Of a DNA stretch of 64,000 nucleotides, positions 27,481-40,654 are shown piece by piece; the first letter of the stretch is position 1; every line of letters begins with the position of its first letter. The notes beneath the pieces were generated by a model. It made no database searches. It was not told where the DNA came from and was given only the letters and a program-made list of their open reading frames with translations. The position numbers and the translations under genes were made by a program. This DNA is from Eledone cirrhosa (taxonomy: Eukaryota), in the NCBI GenBank assembly GCA_964016885.1, contig OZ024743.1, positions 29,946,001-30,010,000 on the forward strand, given 5' to 3'.

Positions 27481-28684
27481 TTTCCCAGGGATTAAAATCA
27501 AGATATCTAACAGTGAGGTGAGAAATAAGGGAAAAAAAAGTTCAGTATTTTACTGTATTTTCGTTATCCAACACAAGATGACATCAAAGTAGTATTTCTG
27601 AATAAAATATATACACTACGACAGTTCTGGAAAATAGCTGTTTGGACAATGTATTTGGGAAAGGTATTTATCTCACGCTTTCCTGCTTCCCCTCTTTTAG
27701 GGTAATTAACTTTTTTCTGGAAAGCGTCACTAACATCATAAGCTAAAGTTCATGAGGGTTATAATCGAATGATATGCTATAGTTATACCAGAACAATTGA
27801 AACGCCTTGAAACTAGGAAAGATAGATAAACCACAATACTTTCGAGAAAATGGTATTCCATAAAAACATAAACTGAAACAAAAAATAAATGCTGATTTAA
27901 AAAAAAAAGTCATTTCAAAAGCTATTATTATAATTACCTACCTCACTGAGCTAAATGTTTCTCTTTTGTGTTTTGTAACATAAAATATATAAGAAAGAAA
28001 TCACTTTTTTTGTCTAGATTTTATATCAACAGTACAAATTTAATCTACTTTGAAGTCTACTTGCAGATATTTCTAAATTATTTTTATATTATTTTCCTTT
28101 TCTATTACGTTTTCCCTGTTTATTCAAATAACAATAGACTCCACTTATCCTTTTGTAATAGCTGTCTTCATTAGCTTAACTTAGCCATTATACCAATTAG
28201 ATTTTACACAAATAACGAAAGAAAAACACACCATAAATACCTAATGAAACTTAAAAGCATAACAAACATTTCTACACAAGGATGTGCATACACGCACGCA
28301 AGGACGTACATATGCATACGGCACTGAAAACAGCCAGTAACATCTGGTACCGATTAAAGCAATTAACGCTGTATTAGCTGATCACTGCTAATCAATAATA
28401 TTTGATTAATAGTTTCTCCATTATCAATTTTCCCGTCACTAATTTCGTCAAAGTATGCGAGTATATCCCGCGGTTAGATTTCCTCTTTTATGGTTTATTT
28501 ATTTGTTATTGCTGATTTGTTCTATCTAGACAGAGCTGTGCTTCTTTAGTTAAGAACGATGAAATATGTAATTTTATATAGATATCTTTCATCTAAATGT
28601 TTAATAGACCGATATAGTGCAATATGTGAACGAGAACGTAGACGACCACCCCGTTTAAATGAATTACATTATCTATTTTTGGTC

Positions 28685-28773
28685 CGAGGTTAACTTTGCC
28701 TTACGGTGTCGATAAAATAAAGTACCAGTCATGTACTGGGTAATTGCTGGCCTTGTGCCTAAAGTAGAAACAC
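28685..28773 (+). mobile_element. 5'-truncated SINE
   Basis: Core and tail; TSD ttatctatttttggtcc at 28669-28685 and 28774-28790. Confidence 0.85.
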
Positions 28774-29353
28774 TTATCTATTTTTGGTCCCCGTAAATCC
28801 TGGCGTCAAAAGCAACCTTTACAGTGAAATTGTGTATTTAACGACTAACCTCTATATCACTATCTCAGCTAAACTATCCTTCCGATCGTCTGACATCAGC
28901 ACATAATACAATCATATATTCTCATTATATGTAGCAATTCAAATATGAATGCAATGACAACTTCAAATTATTAATAATTTACCACCCTGGAATCTAATTT
29001 ATTGGAAGATTTTCTCCATCTGGCGCACCTTCCGATTGTATAGATGACATAGTTAGTAAAGAACACATTGAGCCTTAAAATATACATGAAATAATTTATT
29101 TATTCTGACCTGAAATGTACAGCATATTTATTCTATTAGAAACACAGAAGAAATAAACATTATATCTCTCTCAACACGTTTGATACCAAGAAATAAGGAC
29201 ATAAATTATAAAATAGTGCACTCAGTGGTAGAAGGTCCGGGGGACCTATTCAGGGGCATATCGTCATAACTTTCGATTTATTAGTGAGAATATTTCTATT
29301 TATGCAACCCGTATCGTTGTTATTTAGAGAGAGATGGATTCAAATTACAAACA

Positions 29354-29879
29354 CCAAGTAAGAAATAATTGTTTCTACATTTGGCACAAGGCCAGCAATT
29401 ATCAGTGCATTACTGGTACTTTATTTTATCGACCCCGTAAGGATGAAAGGCACAGTTAATCTCGACGGGATTTGAACTCAGAGCGTAAAAGGGCGTAACT
29501 ATGCTGGAAAGCATGACGTCCCACCCTCTACCGATACTGACAATTCACCCGCCCAAGTAAGAAATAATTGTTTCTACGTTAGGCACAAGGCCAGCAATTA
29601 CCCAGTGTATTACTGGTACTTTATTGTATCGACCCCGTAAGGATGAAAGGCAAAGTTAACCTCGGCGGGATTTGAACTCAGAATGGCCAGGGCCGTAACT
29701 CTATGCGCCAAAGCATGGCATCCGACACACTACCAATACTGCCAATCCACCGCCCAAGTAAGAAATAATTGTTTCTACTTTAGGCACAAGGCCAGCAATT
29801 ACACAGTGCCTTACTGGTACTTTATTTTATCGACCCCGTAAGGATGAAAGGCAAAGTCAACCTCGGCGGGAGAAATAAT
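29354..29879 (-). mobile_element. Three head-to-tail SINE copies
   Basis: Two full copies and one truncated, each preceded by ccaagtaagaaataat; agaaataat closes the array. Confidence 0.92.
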
Positions 29880-30061
29880 GTGAAGTTATAAGATATGGTA
29901 TATACAAGAATTTATATGCAAATATATATGCACATACATAAATGTATACATACATAGACATACGTATACAAATATATTTACTTGCACATAAATATAATGA
30001 TCATATACTCACACACACACATATATGTATATATATTTGTTTTGTTCCCGTCTAAGATTTA

Positions 30062-30083
30062 AATATATATATATATATATGTG

Positions 30084-30176
<93 letters not shown>

Positions 30177-30195
30177 GTGTGTGTGTGTGTGTGTC
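30062..30195. repeat. (TA)n-(GT)n microsatellite
   Basis: Read directly. Confidence 0.97.
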
Positions 30196-30268
30196 TGATG
30201 TTAGCTAAGATGCTTACATAGGCGGTATGCCGGTTGAGAATCCTTTACTCTTACAGAGCAGAGTATGA

Positions 30269-30686
<418 letters not shown>

Positions 30687-30868
30687 AATATATACACATA
30701 TACAAACATCCGCACATATATATGAATTATATGTATACATGAAGTTATATGTGGTGTATATATGAATGCATATAACTGAATAAAGAAATAACCATGATAA
30801 GTGTGTGCGTGTATGATGACTAGGGTGGGGTTAGTGATGGTGGTGGTGGCAGTGTTGTTAGCGAAGAA

Positions 30869-31441
30869 ATGCTATTGTTTTAGAATAGTGACAGACTCAC
30901 ATACTTTAATTTCAGCAAACAGGGGGAGATAAAGCTGACAAGGCCTTTTTTCGCATTTTTTGTTGCTTATCAAAGCCAACTACTCTTCTTGTTTGCTGAA
31001 ATCATGGATGTTTGGTTCTTATAGAATTCTAGTAAATAATCAGGAACTGATTATACAGAGCAAAATACACTATATATACATTCTTATATATATACCTATT
31101 TCAGAGCACCTATTCTAATTTTCAATTTCTGCTTGACCGGAAACCGCTCTGTATAATCAGTTCCTGATTATTTACTAGGAATTCTATAAGAACCAAACAT
31201 CCATGATTTCAGCAAACAGGAGGAGTAGTTGGCTTTGATAAGCATCAATAACTGCGAAACAAGGCCTTGTCAGCTTTATCTCCCCCTGTTTGCTGAAATT
31301 AAAGTAAGTGAGTCTGTCACTATTCTAGAACAATAGCATAAGGTCTTTGAAATGCTTTTAATTAAGCATACAGTGTATTACAAAATACACTATATATACA
31401 TTCATATATATATAGCTATTTAAGAGCACCAATTCTAATTT

Positions 31442-31443
<2 letters not shown>
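30869..31443 (+). mobile_element. Retrozyme/pseudo-LTR-like element: inverted arm plus a 320-nt unit with terminal redundancy
   Basis: 30869-31061 is the reverse complement of 31146-31339; 31061-31122 repeats at 31381-31442; ends in (TA)n. Confidence 0.85.
31207..31298 (+). ncRNA. Apparently intact type I hammerhead ribozyme (U3-A8 core variant)
   Basis: ggct-TTGATAA-gca tcaataac tgc-GAAA-CAAGGCCTTG-TC-agct, closed by a 14-bp distal stem tttcagcaaacagg/cctgtttgctgaaa. Confidence 0.85.
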
Positions 31444-31520
<77 letters not shown>

Positions 31521-31551
31521 CTATAGTTTGGGAGGGTCATGTTGCCAATAA

Positions 31552-31596
<45 letters not shown>

Positions 31597-31600
31597 TATA

Positions 31601-32753
31601 GTCGAGAGCTTAATTCGTTTTGTGCGGGGTTTGCAAATTTTGCAATAACTACACATGCTGAATTCACTGATAAAAATAGGGGCTTTCTCCCCATAGAACC
31701 TCGCATGTGCTTTCATAACCTGTGAGATTCTGGCGCACGAAAAATAAAAACCTGTTGAGAAAGCGATGCCTTTTTCGATCATTATACCAAAAGCTTATTT
31801 CTTATAAGCAGACAGTATTATTGATTCAGGTGTTGCAGAAACCCAATTTCGGAGTATGCCATCTTCCCTGAGGGTCCAGGTAACTATTTAAATCATATCT
31901 CATTTTGTTTGACCCGTTTGGCTTGTTCGCTTTTTTGGCTAAGGAGGTTAATGGCTTCTTAACCATCGTCTCAGCGTGTATGACCATTTTAACTTATGTT
32001 TATAGCTCTGGTATCTTCTTCATATATATGGAGCGCTTGTCTGCACAATACGGAAGTTGCGTTTCGCTAACTTCTACCCGCCGAAATGAGATTCTCGCTA
32101 AATTTATATTTGTATTAATCTCCCAAGTCAAACGATTAACCTGTTAATTTTTTTTCGTTTGTTTGTGTTTTTTTTTTTTTTTGGCTTTTTAGTTAATTCT
32201 ATTGACTGATTAATCGCTTAAGTTTATTTTAAAAACAACTCCGTCGAGAGCTTAATTTGTTTTGTGCGGTTTTAGCAAATTTTTGCAATAACTGCACATG
32301 CTGAATTCACAGACCAAAATAAGGGTTTTCTCGTCTTAGCATCTCACATGTGCTTTCATAACGTGTGAGATTCTGGCGCACGAAGAACAAAAACCTGTTG
32401 AGAAAGCGATGCCTTGTTCGATCATTATACTAAAAGCTTATGTTTTATAAGCAGACAGTATTATTGATTTAGGTGTTGCAGAAACCTAATTTCGGAGTAT
32501 TCCATCTTCCCCGAGGGTCCGGGTAACTATTTAAATCATATCTCATTTTGTTTGACCCGTTTAGCTTGTTTGCTTTTTTGGCTAAGGTGGTTAATGGCTT
32601 CTTAACAATCGTCTCAGCGTGTATGACCATTTTAACTTATGTTTATAGCTCTGGTATCTTCTTCATATCCATGGAGCGCTTGTCTGCACAATACGAAAGT
32701 TGCGTTTCGCTAATTTATACCCGCCGAAATGCGATTCGCGCTAAATTTATATT

Positions 32754-32757
<4 letters not shown>
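31601..32757 (+). mobile_element. About 1.8 tandem copies of a ~643-nt unit between two (TA)n tracts, each with a degenerate hammerhead
   Basis: 31601-32116 repeats at 32243-32757; TTGAGAA-a-gcgatgcct..aggtgttgc-a-GAAA at 31755-31841 and 32398-32484. Confidence 0.75.
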
Positions 32758-32823
<66 letters not shown>

Positions 32824-32871
32824 AAGAGGGAAGAATAACATGGTCAACAGTAAAAAAAGGGGTGTTATTTA

Positions 32872-32983
32872 CAGTATTAACAATTGTTTCATTGATTAGG
32901 ATGTCTAAAGGTTGCTAATCACTCGAAGTTGTGTCACTCAACCTTAAAACAGTGTATGCCTAATTAAATCATCAGAATAACTG
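32872..32983 (-). ncRNA. Hammerhead with canonical core and enlarged stem II
   Basis: tatt-CTGATGA-tttaattagg..cctaatcaat-GAAA-CAATTG-TT-aata; (TA)n lies ~50 nt downstream. Confidence 0.75.
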
Positions 32984-33044
32984 AAAAATTACACACGGTG
33001 TTTGCATTTATACTGCTTGTGAATTCAAATAACATCAATAATAA

Positions 33045-33270
33045 AGAAAGAAAAAGAAAACAGAAAAAGGAAAAAAGAAAAAAAAGAAAAAAAAAAAAAA
33101 AGAAAAAAGAAAAAAAGAAAAAAGAAAAAAAAGAAAAAAAGAAGAAAAGAAAAAAAAGAAAAAAAGAAAAAAAAGAAAAAAAGAAGAAAAAAAGAAAAAA
33201 AAGAAAAAAAAGAAAAAAAAAGAAAAACAAGAAAAAAAGAAAAAAAAAAGAAAAAATAAGAAAAAGAAAA
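33045..33270. repeat. Polypurine (GA5-8)n tract
   Basis: About 225 bp almost entirely A/G on the + strand. Confidence 0.95.
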
Positions 33271-33725
33271 TTCATTATTCTATTTTCTGTAGGCACTTTT
33301 TCTTCCTACTATAACCCCCTGTGATTTAACCAAAACATATGTATATATTTAATATTTAGTTTCATATTGATGGTATAACAAACCATGTTAATACAATAAC
33401 ACAGGAAGTTTTTCCTTTCCCCATTTGTTTACTTACTCTTATGTATTTTTTTAATTATGCTTTAATTTTTAATTTTAGGTTTTAACATTTTTTTATTATT
33501 TTTAAATATTTTAAAATATTTTTACTTATATTTTTGTAAATTTTAAATGTTTTAATTCCTTTAAAAAAATGTTTAAAGTGTTTTAATTATTTTTAATTAT
33601 TATTTTTAAATTATTTGTCTTAAAATCATTTTTTATATATTTTTGTAATTATTTTTAAGTGCTTATGATTCCTTTTGTATGCCTTCACATGCCTCAGTCT
33701 CTTGTGGGAAAATCTGCCTGTATTA

Positions 33726-33826
33726 CGAGGTTGACTTTGCCTTTCATCCTTACGGGGTCGATAAAATAAAGTACCAGTAATGCACTGGATTATTGCTGGC
33801 CTTGTGCCTAAAGTAGAAACAATTAT
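33726..33826 (+). mobile_element. 5'-truncated SINE
   Basis: Near-exact match to the 3' half of 9361-9545. Confidence 0.9.
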
Positions 33827-34395
33827 TGTATTATCATGTTTTGTTATCATGTTGACTAATAAACCCAGTACGCATTCTCTCCATCCTTCTCATATCTAAT
33901 CTCCCTCATATTATCCTGTACTGTTTCTCTACTGTTCTGGTGACTAAGCTTGGTAGAGATTATATTCAGCACTATATTTTTATTGTTTACGCTCTGAGAA
34001 ATCCTGCCCCACAGTATGGATGAAACATTGTTAGCGAATAAACATTGTATAAGTATGTAGGCCTTCTTTGATTTATTTTATCTATAACGGCTCTGTTTCG
34101 TACATTGAGCTAATACGACACTGTCAAAAAATATGACACTGTGCAGATGTGCTTATGCACATATGATCCATTGTCTACGTAAATATATATATATATATTC
34201 ATTTATGTTTGTTGGTTTACCACTGGATAGAACTGGTCATTCCGTATACTCAACCTTGATGTAATATTAGGGAGAGCACTCAACGTAATGCAACTCACCT
34301 GTCTTCGTTTGTGTTGTTGGTGGTGCGAGTACGGAGTTAATTATTATAAAATAACAGGAGGCTAGACTGGTGTAATAATTCCTTACAGGTTTATT

Positions 34396-34453
34396 ATACT
34401 ATGAACATTTCAATGACAGAGTTCAGTATAAATCCGGTGACATCATCTGGTAT
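34396..34453 (-). ncRNA. Degenerate hammerhead-like motif
   Basis: atac-CAGATGA..GAAA-tgttca-TA-gtat then AATAAA; stem II is poor. Confidence 0.45.
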
Positions 34454-34599
34454 TCGAAATTTAATAAAGGAATATAATAGACAACATCCATATATATATA
34501 TATATGTTCCTATTACCTACTCTACTACCCTAAGTATTGAGTAATTTGGTGCGTTATGGTCCACCTGGTTCCTTACCACATGTCCTTCGTTATATATAT

Positions 34600-35045
34600 A
34601 TAAATTTTAGTACAGCATTAACGAAACTTAGTTTGCGGCCAAGCTAATGTATGCAAATTCAGTATGTAGCTTTAGCAATCGAATGGGGATAGTACCCCAG
34701 AGTAATAACAATACGTTTAGATAGCTTAGCAAATCAAATATAGCGATCGGCAGTCCAGCCTCATTACCACACCAACGAAAATACAGGACCCAGGAAAAGA
34801 TTTTAGACTGACCTGGACAGAACGCTGGGACCAAATGCAATATATAATGCATATCGTATAGCACACGATATACATCCCATACAGCACACAACATAAGCGC
34901 TAGGTTTCTGCAAATCCAAGATCGACAAATTCCGCTTGCAGGGGTCTGTAAGTTAATGGTTTTTGGCGAGATAAGGATTTACTTCTTCAGCAAGTCTTGT
35001 GTTCTTTAGCCTCTGCGCGTATGGTCTAGCAGTGAATTTCGCTAT
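34600..35045 (-). mobile_element. Short element between (TA)n tracts with a degenerate long-stem-II hammerhead
   Basis: CTGAAGA-a-gtaaatcc..ggatttgc-a-GAAA-cctag at 34990-34900; 3' end resembles that of the 31601-32757 unit. Confidence 0.55.
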
Positions 35046-35065
35046 AGACATATATATATATATAC

Positions 35066-35267
35066 TAGGAAAAAGTATGACCCACGGCAGAGCTCAAGCA
35101 GTTTCGACGGGTATTTCTGGACTATTTCTGAGACCAGAAATAGCCGTCGAAACGGCTTGAGCTATGCCGTCGGGGTCATACTTTTTCCTATTTCCCACTT
35201 TACTACCCTAAGTATTGAGTACTCTGGTGCGTTATGGTCCATCTGGTTCCTTACCTCAATTCCTTTG

Positions 35268-35269
<2 letters not shown>
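35066..35269 (+). repeat. Hairpin-plus-tail element, same family as 25243-25444
   Basis: 35066-35190 palindrome; tail ends in (TA)n. Confidence 0.88.
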
Positions 35270-35301
<32 letters not shown>

Positions 35302-35309
<8 letters not shown>

Positions 35310-36086
35310 GTCTAATGTTTCTTCTTTCTTTATAATGTATAATATAGCTCTGATATTGAGTCAATCTAATTCATTTAGATTATGTTATCCCTATTAATCA
35401 TAGAGCCACAACGGTTAAGGTTGGCAACGCACAAATTCAGGGATATATGTGTGTATATGCATGTATAAGTATGTATTCGCATGTATTTGTGTATTTCCTT
35501 TTATTGTCTATAACTCCCTCTGGTAGAGTAACCACAGAAGTATAGTGACTGCTGTCAAGCTTACACTATTTACACTTCTAGCTCTCCTTACCCACATCGT
35601 CTGTAGCCGAGATATTAATTCCCCCCTACGCCATTTTTCTCTTGGTTGAAAGAGGCTTAACTCTGTTTCTTGACCGCTGTATCACGTGATAAGTTCCCCC
35701 TCCGTCTTTCCGGGATTCTCCCTCACGCCTTGCGGACGTGTTTTGAAACTTTAATGGGGTATTCTCTTGATAAGTTGGCAAACCTCACAACAATACTGCA
35801 TCTCTATGATGTAATGTTTTTGCAGAGTAGCCACGAAACTGCGCAGTCCAGGATGTTGAGGAATATTGGGTATATATATGTTTTTTTATTTATGTCTAAT
35901 GTTCCTTCTTTCTTTATAATGTATAATATAGCTCTGATATTGAGTCAATCTAATTCATTCAGATTATTTTGTCCCTATTAATCATAGAGCAAGAACGGTT
36001 AAGGTTGACACCACACAAATTCAGGGATATATGTGTGTATATGCATGTATATGTATGTATTCGCATGTATCTGTGTATTTCTTTTT

Positions 36087-36090
<4 letters not shown>
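35302..36090 (+). mobile_element. Retrozyme/pseudo-LTR-like element with ~200-bp direct repeats and an internal hammerhead
   Basis: 35305-35507 repeats at ~35889-36091; TTGATAA-gttggc..gccac-GAAA-CTGCGCAG-TC at 35767-35848; (TA)n on both sides. Confidence 0.8.
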
Positions 36091-36149
<59 letters not shown>

Positions 36150-37519
36150 TGGTGACTCAATACATTCTACAGGTGATTTCGGGAGATGGGTAAGGTAAAA
36201 GGGAAATATCTAAAAAAAAAAAAATAATATCTGAATAATTCTCTTTAAATTTCATATTTCATTACAACGCCTGATATATCAAAAGATATACAATTTTACA
36301 TTTGATATCCGGTAAAAGTTGAATGTCGAAGTGTTGAAATGCAGTGATACACATGCTATCATGGAAGCGCCTGTGGACATACACAGAAAGCATTCATAAT
36401 CGTGCAAATCGTCCATAGGAAATACATATACAAATTAACATGTGCATATGTATTCATATTCACCAATATGTACATCTTTTTTACTCTTTTATTGGCTTTG
36501 GGTTATAAACGGCGATCATGCAAAGAAAAATGACTATAGGGAATTAGTTTATAATGTTGGTCTCCGTTAATTTTCTTATTTCTTATATAAGTTTCAGTGT
36601 CGCTCTTGAAATTATATAAGAGAACCGTTAGATTCTGTAACATTACAATCTGTTTTCCGAAAGAATCTGCATAAGTCGTCAAATAACCAAGCCCTTAGAA
36701 ATCGCACAGTAAGGTTGATTGTTCAATATGAAAACAATTTCTATCAGTGACATCCAAACATAAAGCTTTTATTTGCATATTTTTCACAAAATGATGATTA
36801 TCAAAAACAGGCATAAGAAAAATCCCATGTCATGACTAATTTTAATTTCTCAATACGAATGCCTAAAATATATTTAATGCATTCTTGCTTTTTATTTGCT
36901 GAGAATATCTATTGCAAAGAATTATGCATTTAACATTACTGAAAATTATTGAAAATAATTTTCATACGTACGGGTTTCTTTTTTGTCTTCCTTTTGTATT
37001 AGTTTTTATTTTGTAACGGAATGAGGCACAAACAAAGAAAATCCGAATAGCCTAAATTGAATTTCTCCTTAAAATATTCTAAATCTCTTTTTCGTGATTA
37101 TTAAATCTGTTCTTTTTCTCTCATAGTATTTCGTATGTCTAAGAAATGATCCACACGTACCTACACAGTATTTTATAAATCAAAGAATTATGCTGAACTA
37201 CACAATCAAATAACGCATCAAATCAAAGCCTAGCAAATAGACAGTTATAACATAAAATTCCTACCACCGAGTCACCAACTAGTCAGAGTCAAGCATTGTA
37301 TCAGCTCTCACCAATACAGTAGTTGCAGTTTAACCATAAGTATTGCAGTGAAATACATAAATATCGAATGCCCCTTCTGTGAAGTTTGTTCTTATGCCTA
37401 TTTTTACCGTCATTAATATTCACACACGCACGCACAAACAAACACACAAATACACAAATACAGGCACACATACAGGCACACACTACACACATACACATAT
37501 ATGAACACATTTTGCTAGA

Positions 37520-37632
37520 GGGGAAGAATCGACCCCAATACTTAACTGGTACTTTTTTATCGACCTCGAAAGGATGAAAGGCAAAGTTGAGCACGGCAGT
37601 ATTTGAACTCAGAGCGCGCAATGAGGTGGGAT
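37520..37632 (-). mobile_element. SINE fragment
   Basis: Core and B-box. Confidence 0.8.
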
Positions 37633-37634
37633 AA

Positions 37635-38700
37635 ATACCGTGGGAGGAATACCGGCATCTTAACGAATGCATGCACACTGCATAATTCCATGCAGAATGG
37701 TTTCGTCTCTCTGCTTGCATTTCTGACAGATCCGTCTGACAGTACATCCATACCTGTAGAGTTTGTCTCGAAACAGCCGTTGCACCGACCCGTAGCACTA
37801 CCAGGTAGGGATTTCACATAGACATGTGATCGAAAGTCCTCCGGGTCGAATTTCTCCGAGAAATTGTCACACTTGCCCACCACTAGTCCTCTATAGAACG
37901 ATAACGTAGAATTTCCACTGACATCATTGCCTAACTGATAGTGTTGTGAGCTCCTGACAACATTCCACATGCTGGGTACCCAGGATCACTTTTCACTTGA
38001 TACATGCCTGCAAGACAATGAAAGAGATGAGCTGCAGATAAACGTGTATAACAAACGGTGACCAAATCTGTTCACCGTTTACGAATACCTGCAAATACGG
38101 TAGCCTCAGCGAATGTTTACGCATCTTCATCCACGGCATGACGATACCACCACACAAAGGGCGTTGGCGTCAGATGGATCGTCTGATTAGTGGAACATGA
38201 CCCTTCCACAAGAAGTGAAATACATTGTCGTTGTTGGTATTGTTGTTCATGTTGCTGTTGTTGCATATGTCACTGGTCTAATTGTTGTTGTTTATGTTGT
38301 CATAGGTGGTATTTTATTGTTCCTGGTGTAATTTATTATTGTTGTGGTGGTGAAACTTTAGTTTCTGATGGTGGCAGCGGTGATTCTGATATTGTTAGTA
38401 ATAGTGTTGTTGTTGGTTTTTTTATTGGTCTGGCGGTGTTAACATTTTCATTAGTGGGAAGTCAATTGCATAATATTTTGTTTGTGTTGTTGCTGATGCT
38501 GCACCTGGCGAAGATGGTCATGTTGGCGATGTTTGTATTGCTGTTGCTGACAGTAGTAGTGGTGGTAGTGACATTAGTATTATTCACCATTGTACTCTGC
38601 CTGTTATTGACAAACTTTGTCATGACTTTTTAAATCATTTTTTCAGTTTGTCGGTTCTATTTCTGGATACGGTGATTGTGTTTGCTTCCATTACAAACAG
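37635..38700 (-). mobile_element. Decayed, internally deleted Tx1-like copy
   Basis: RKHSLRLPYLQVF (~38110) and SGNSTLSFYRGLVVGKCD (~37890) match array ORF2; upstream T/N-rich ORF1-like stretch. Confidence 0.75.
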
Positions 38701-40380
38701 ACTTTACGGAGCATAATTTGCAGATATAATTGCAATATTTGGGCCCAAGGCCCAAATATTATGTGTTCGCTTTTTTTAGGTCATTTGATGGTGCTCTATT
38801 TACAGTGTAAAATAAAAATATTATGAAGGATCGTTATAAAAAAAGCAAGTGAAAATCAAAACACGTCCGGAAGAAAATTATGCGTGACGACTACCTGAAA
38901 AAACCATAATAATTCTTTTTACATTTGGCATAAGACCAGCAATCTAAAGGAAAGAGGAAAGTTGATTTATTTTATCGACTTTACAATGTTGAAATGCAAA
39001 GCTAACCTCAGCGGAAGAAAGAGCCGGAAGAATCTTTAGAGCGGGGTGTATTTATGGAAATTTAATTTATCAGATTAAAACAAACGACAGTTGAATTTGT
39101 TTTTCAGCCTTCAAGCGTTTTGAAATTATGCATGACATGGATTGGGTGGACTACATCCTTCACAGAACATTGTTTGGCTGTCGCTATATTTATAATCACC
39201 AATCTTGACATGAGCATCCGGCATTCTAGCGTATGTAATGATGATAAATATGTTGCAAGCATTTGATGCAGGTTTCGGTTTAGAAGATACCTCTCTTCCA
39301 TCAACTTCAGTGAACCTGAAAAACATGAGCACAACACTAACGCTTCATTCTCAGCCATTAAGAAAACAAGATGAGAATCCTGTATTTTGTTATGCTAGTT
39401 CAAGTTTTAATTTCCAATCACGGAGATATCCACTTTGAATATAATCCATCCAGCGTGTCTACAATATGTTGTAGGCATGTACTGGTGTTAAAGTAATATA
39501 TGGTGTCCTACCACAATATGTTAGGTTTGCTTATTTTTGTATGACGCTGAACTAGCTGATTCGTTAAAGCCCCGTTCTCTACGTTGCTTTATATCCTTCT
39601 GGACCCGATAGAAATAAGGTGTCTATCTAGTAGTGATGTCAATATAATTGGTTTTCTTCAAAAGGGCTGGCTCTGCTTAAATTAGAAAATACTATTAAAT
39701 TAGAAAATAATACAATTTAGTTATATGATGTAGCTTACAAACATCAATGTTGTGAACATTATCGTTCATATTACGTTGTCTCAGTTACTAGGTTTGTTTA
39801 AGGTGATAGATGTGATACCTTTTTGAGTACGTTAACATTTATCATTGTTATCGCTGTAGAGTAATAGAGAAATGCTATTGCAAATAATTTGACACTCTTC
39901 AATTAGTGGTATGTATTAAAGTCTAATAGAAAATTCGATCAATATTTTGCCTCCCACATCTGCTATATTGGAGTGCACTATATATTCTAGCTTTTTCATG
40001 ATACAATATAGAAAACAACACAAGAAGAATCGCACAGTACTAATGATATTTGGAATAGTTTGCCATGAATAAATCAATTATAAAAATGCATTTGTTGTAA
40101 AAGCTGTAGAATAATTTAATAGTTCATATTAACATTGCCATGAGACACAACAATAAAGGTTAAAAAAAGCGATTGTGTTATATTTTGTTTTCCAAAGTTA
40201 TGCTTTAGTAAGTACATTTTCATGAACTAAAAACAAACAATGAGTTCAAATGCTCACTCATCCTTCCTAGTACATAGGAAATGTGTGATAAACAGTTGAA
40301 GTATATGTTCCATATCAGTTCTTTACATCATGACTGCATTTGCACGATCACTGATGTTGAGTAATAGTTTCGTGTGTGTG

Positions 40381-40465
<85 letters not shown>

Positions 40466-40596
40466 CTAATAAAAGTAATGTGCCAGAGAGAAGCACTTTT
40501 TTGCAACATTTGCCGGGGTAAGGGTACATTGATATCTTTATCCCTACCTCATAACATTTTTGATATGGTGATAAATAACTAAACAATAACTAGCTG

Positions 40597-40654
<58 letters not shown>
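40597..40654. repeat. (TATC)n tract at the left edge of the LINE array
   Basis: Read directly. Confidence 0.98.

Noticed and set aside
29354-29879. Repeat-spacer appearance suggesting CRISPR
   Set aside because: The spacers are homologous SINE copies in a eukaryotic context with no cas genes
32964-33324. Poly-Lys and poly-Phe ORFs
   Set aside because: Artefacts of the A/G tract
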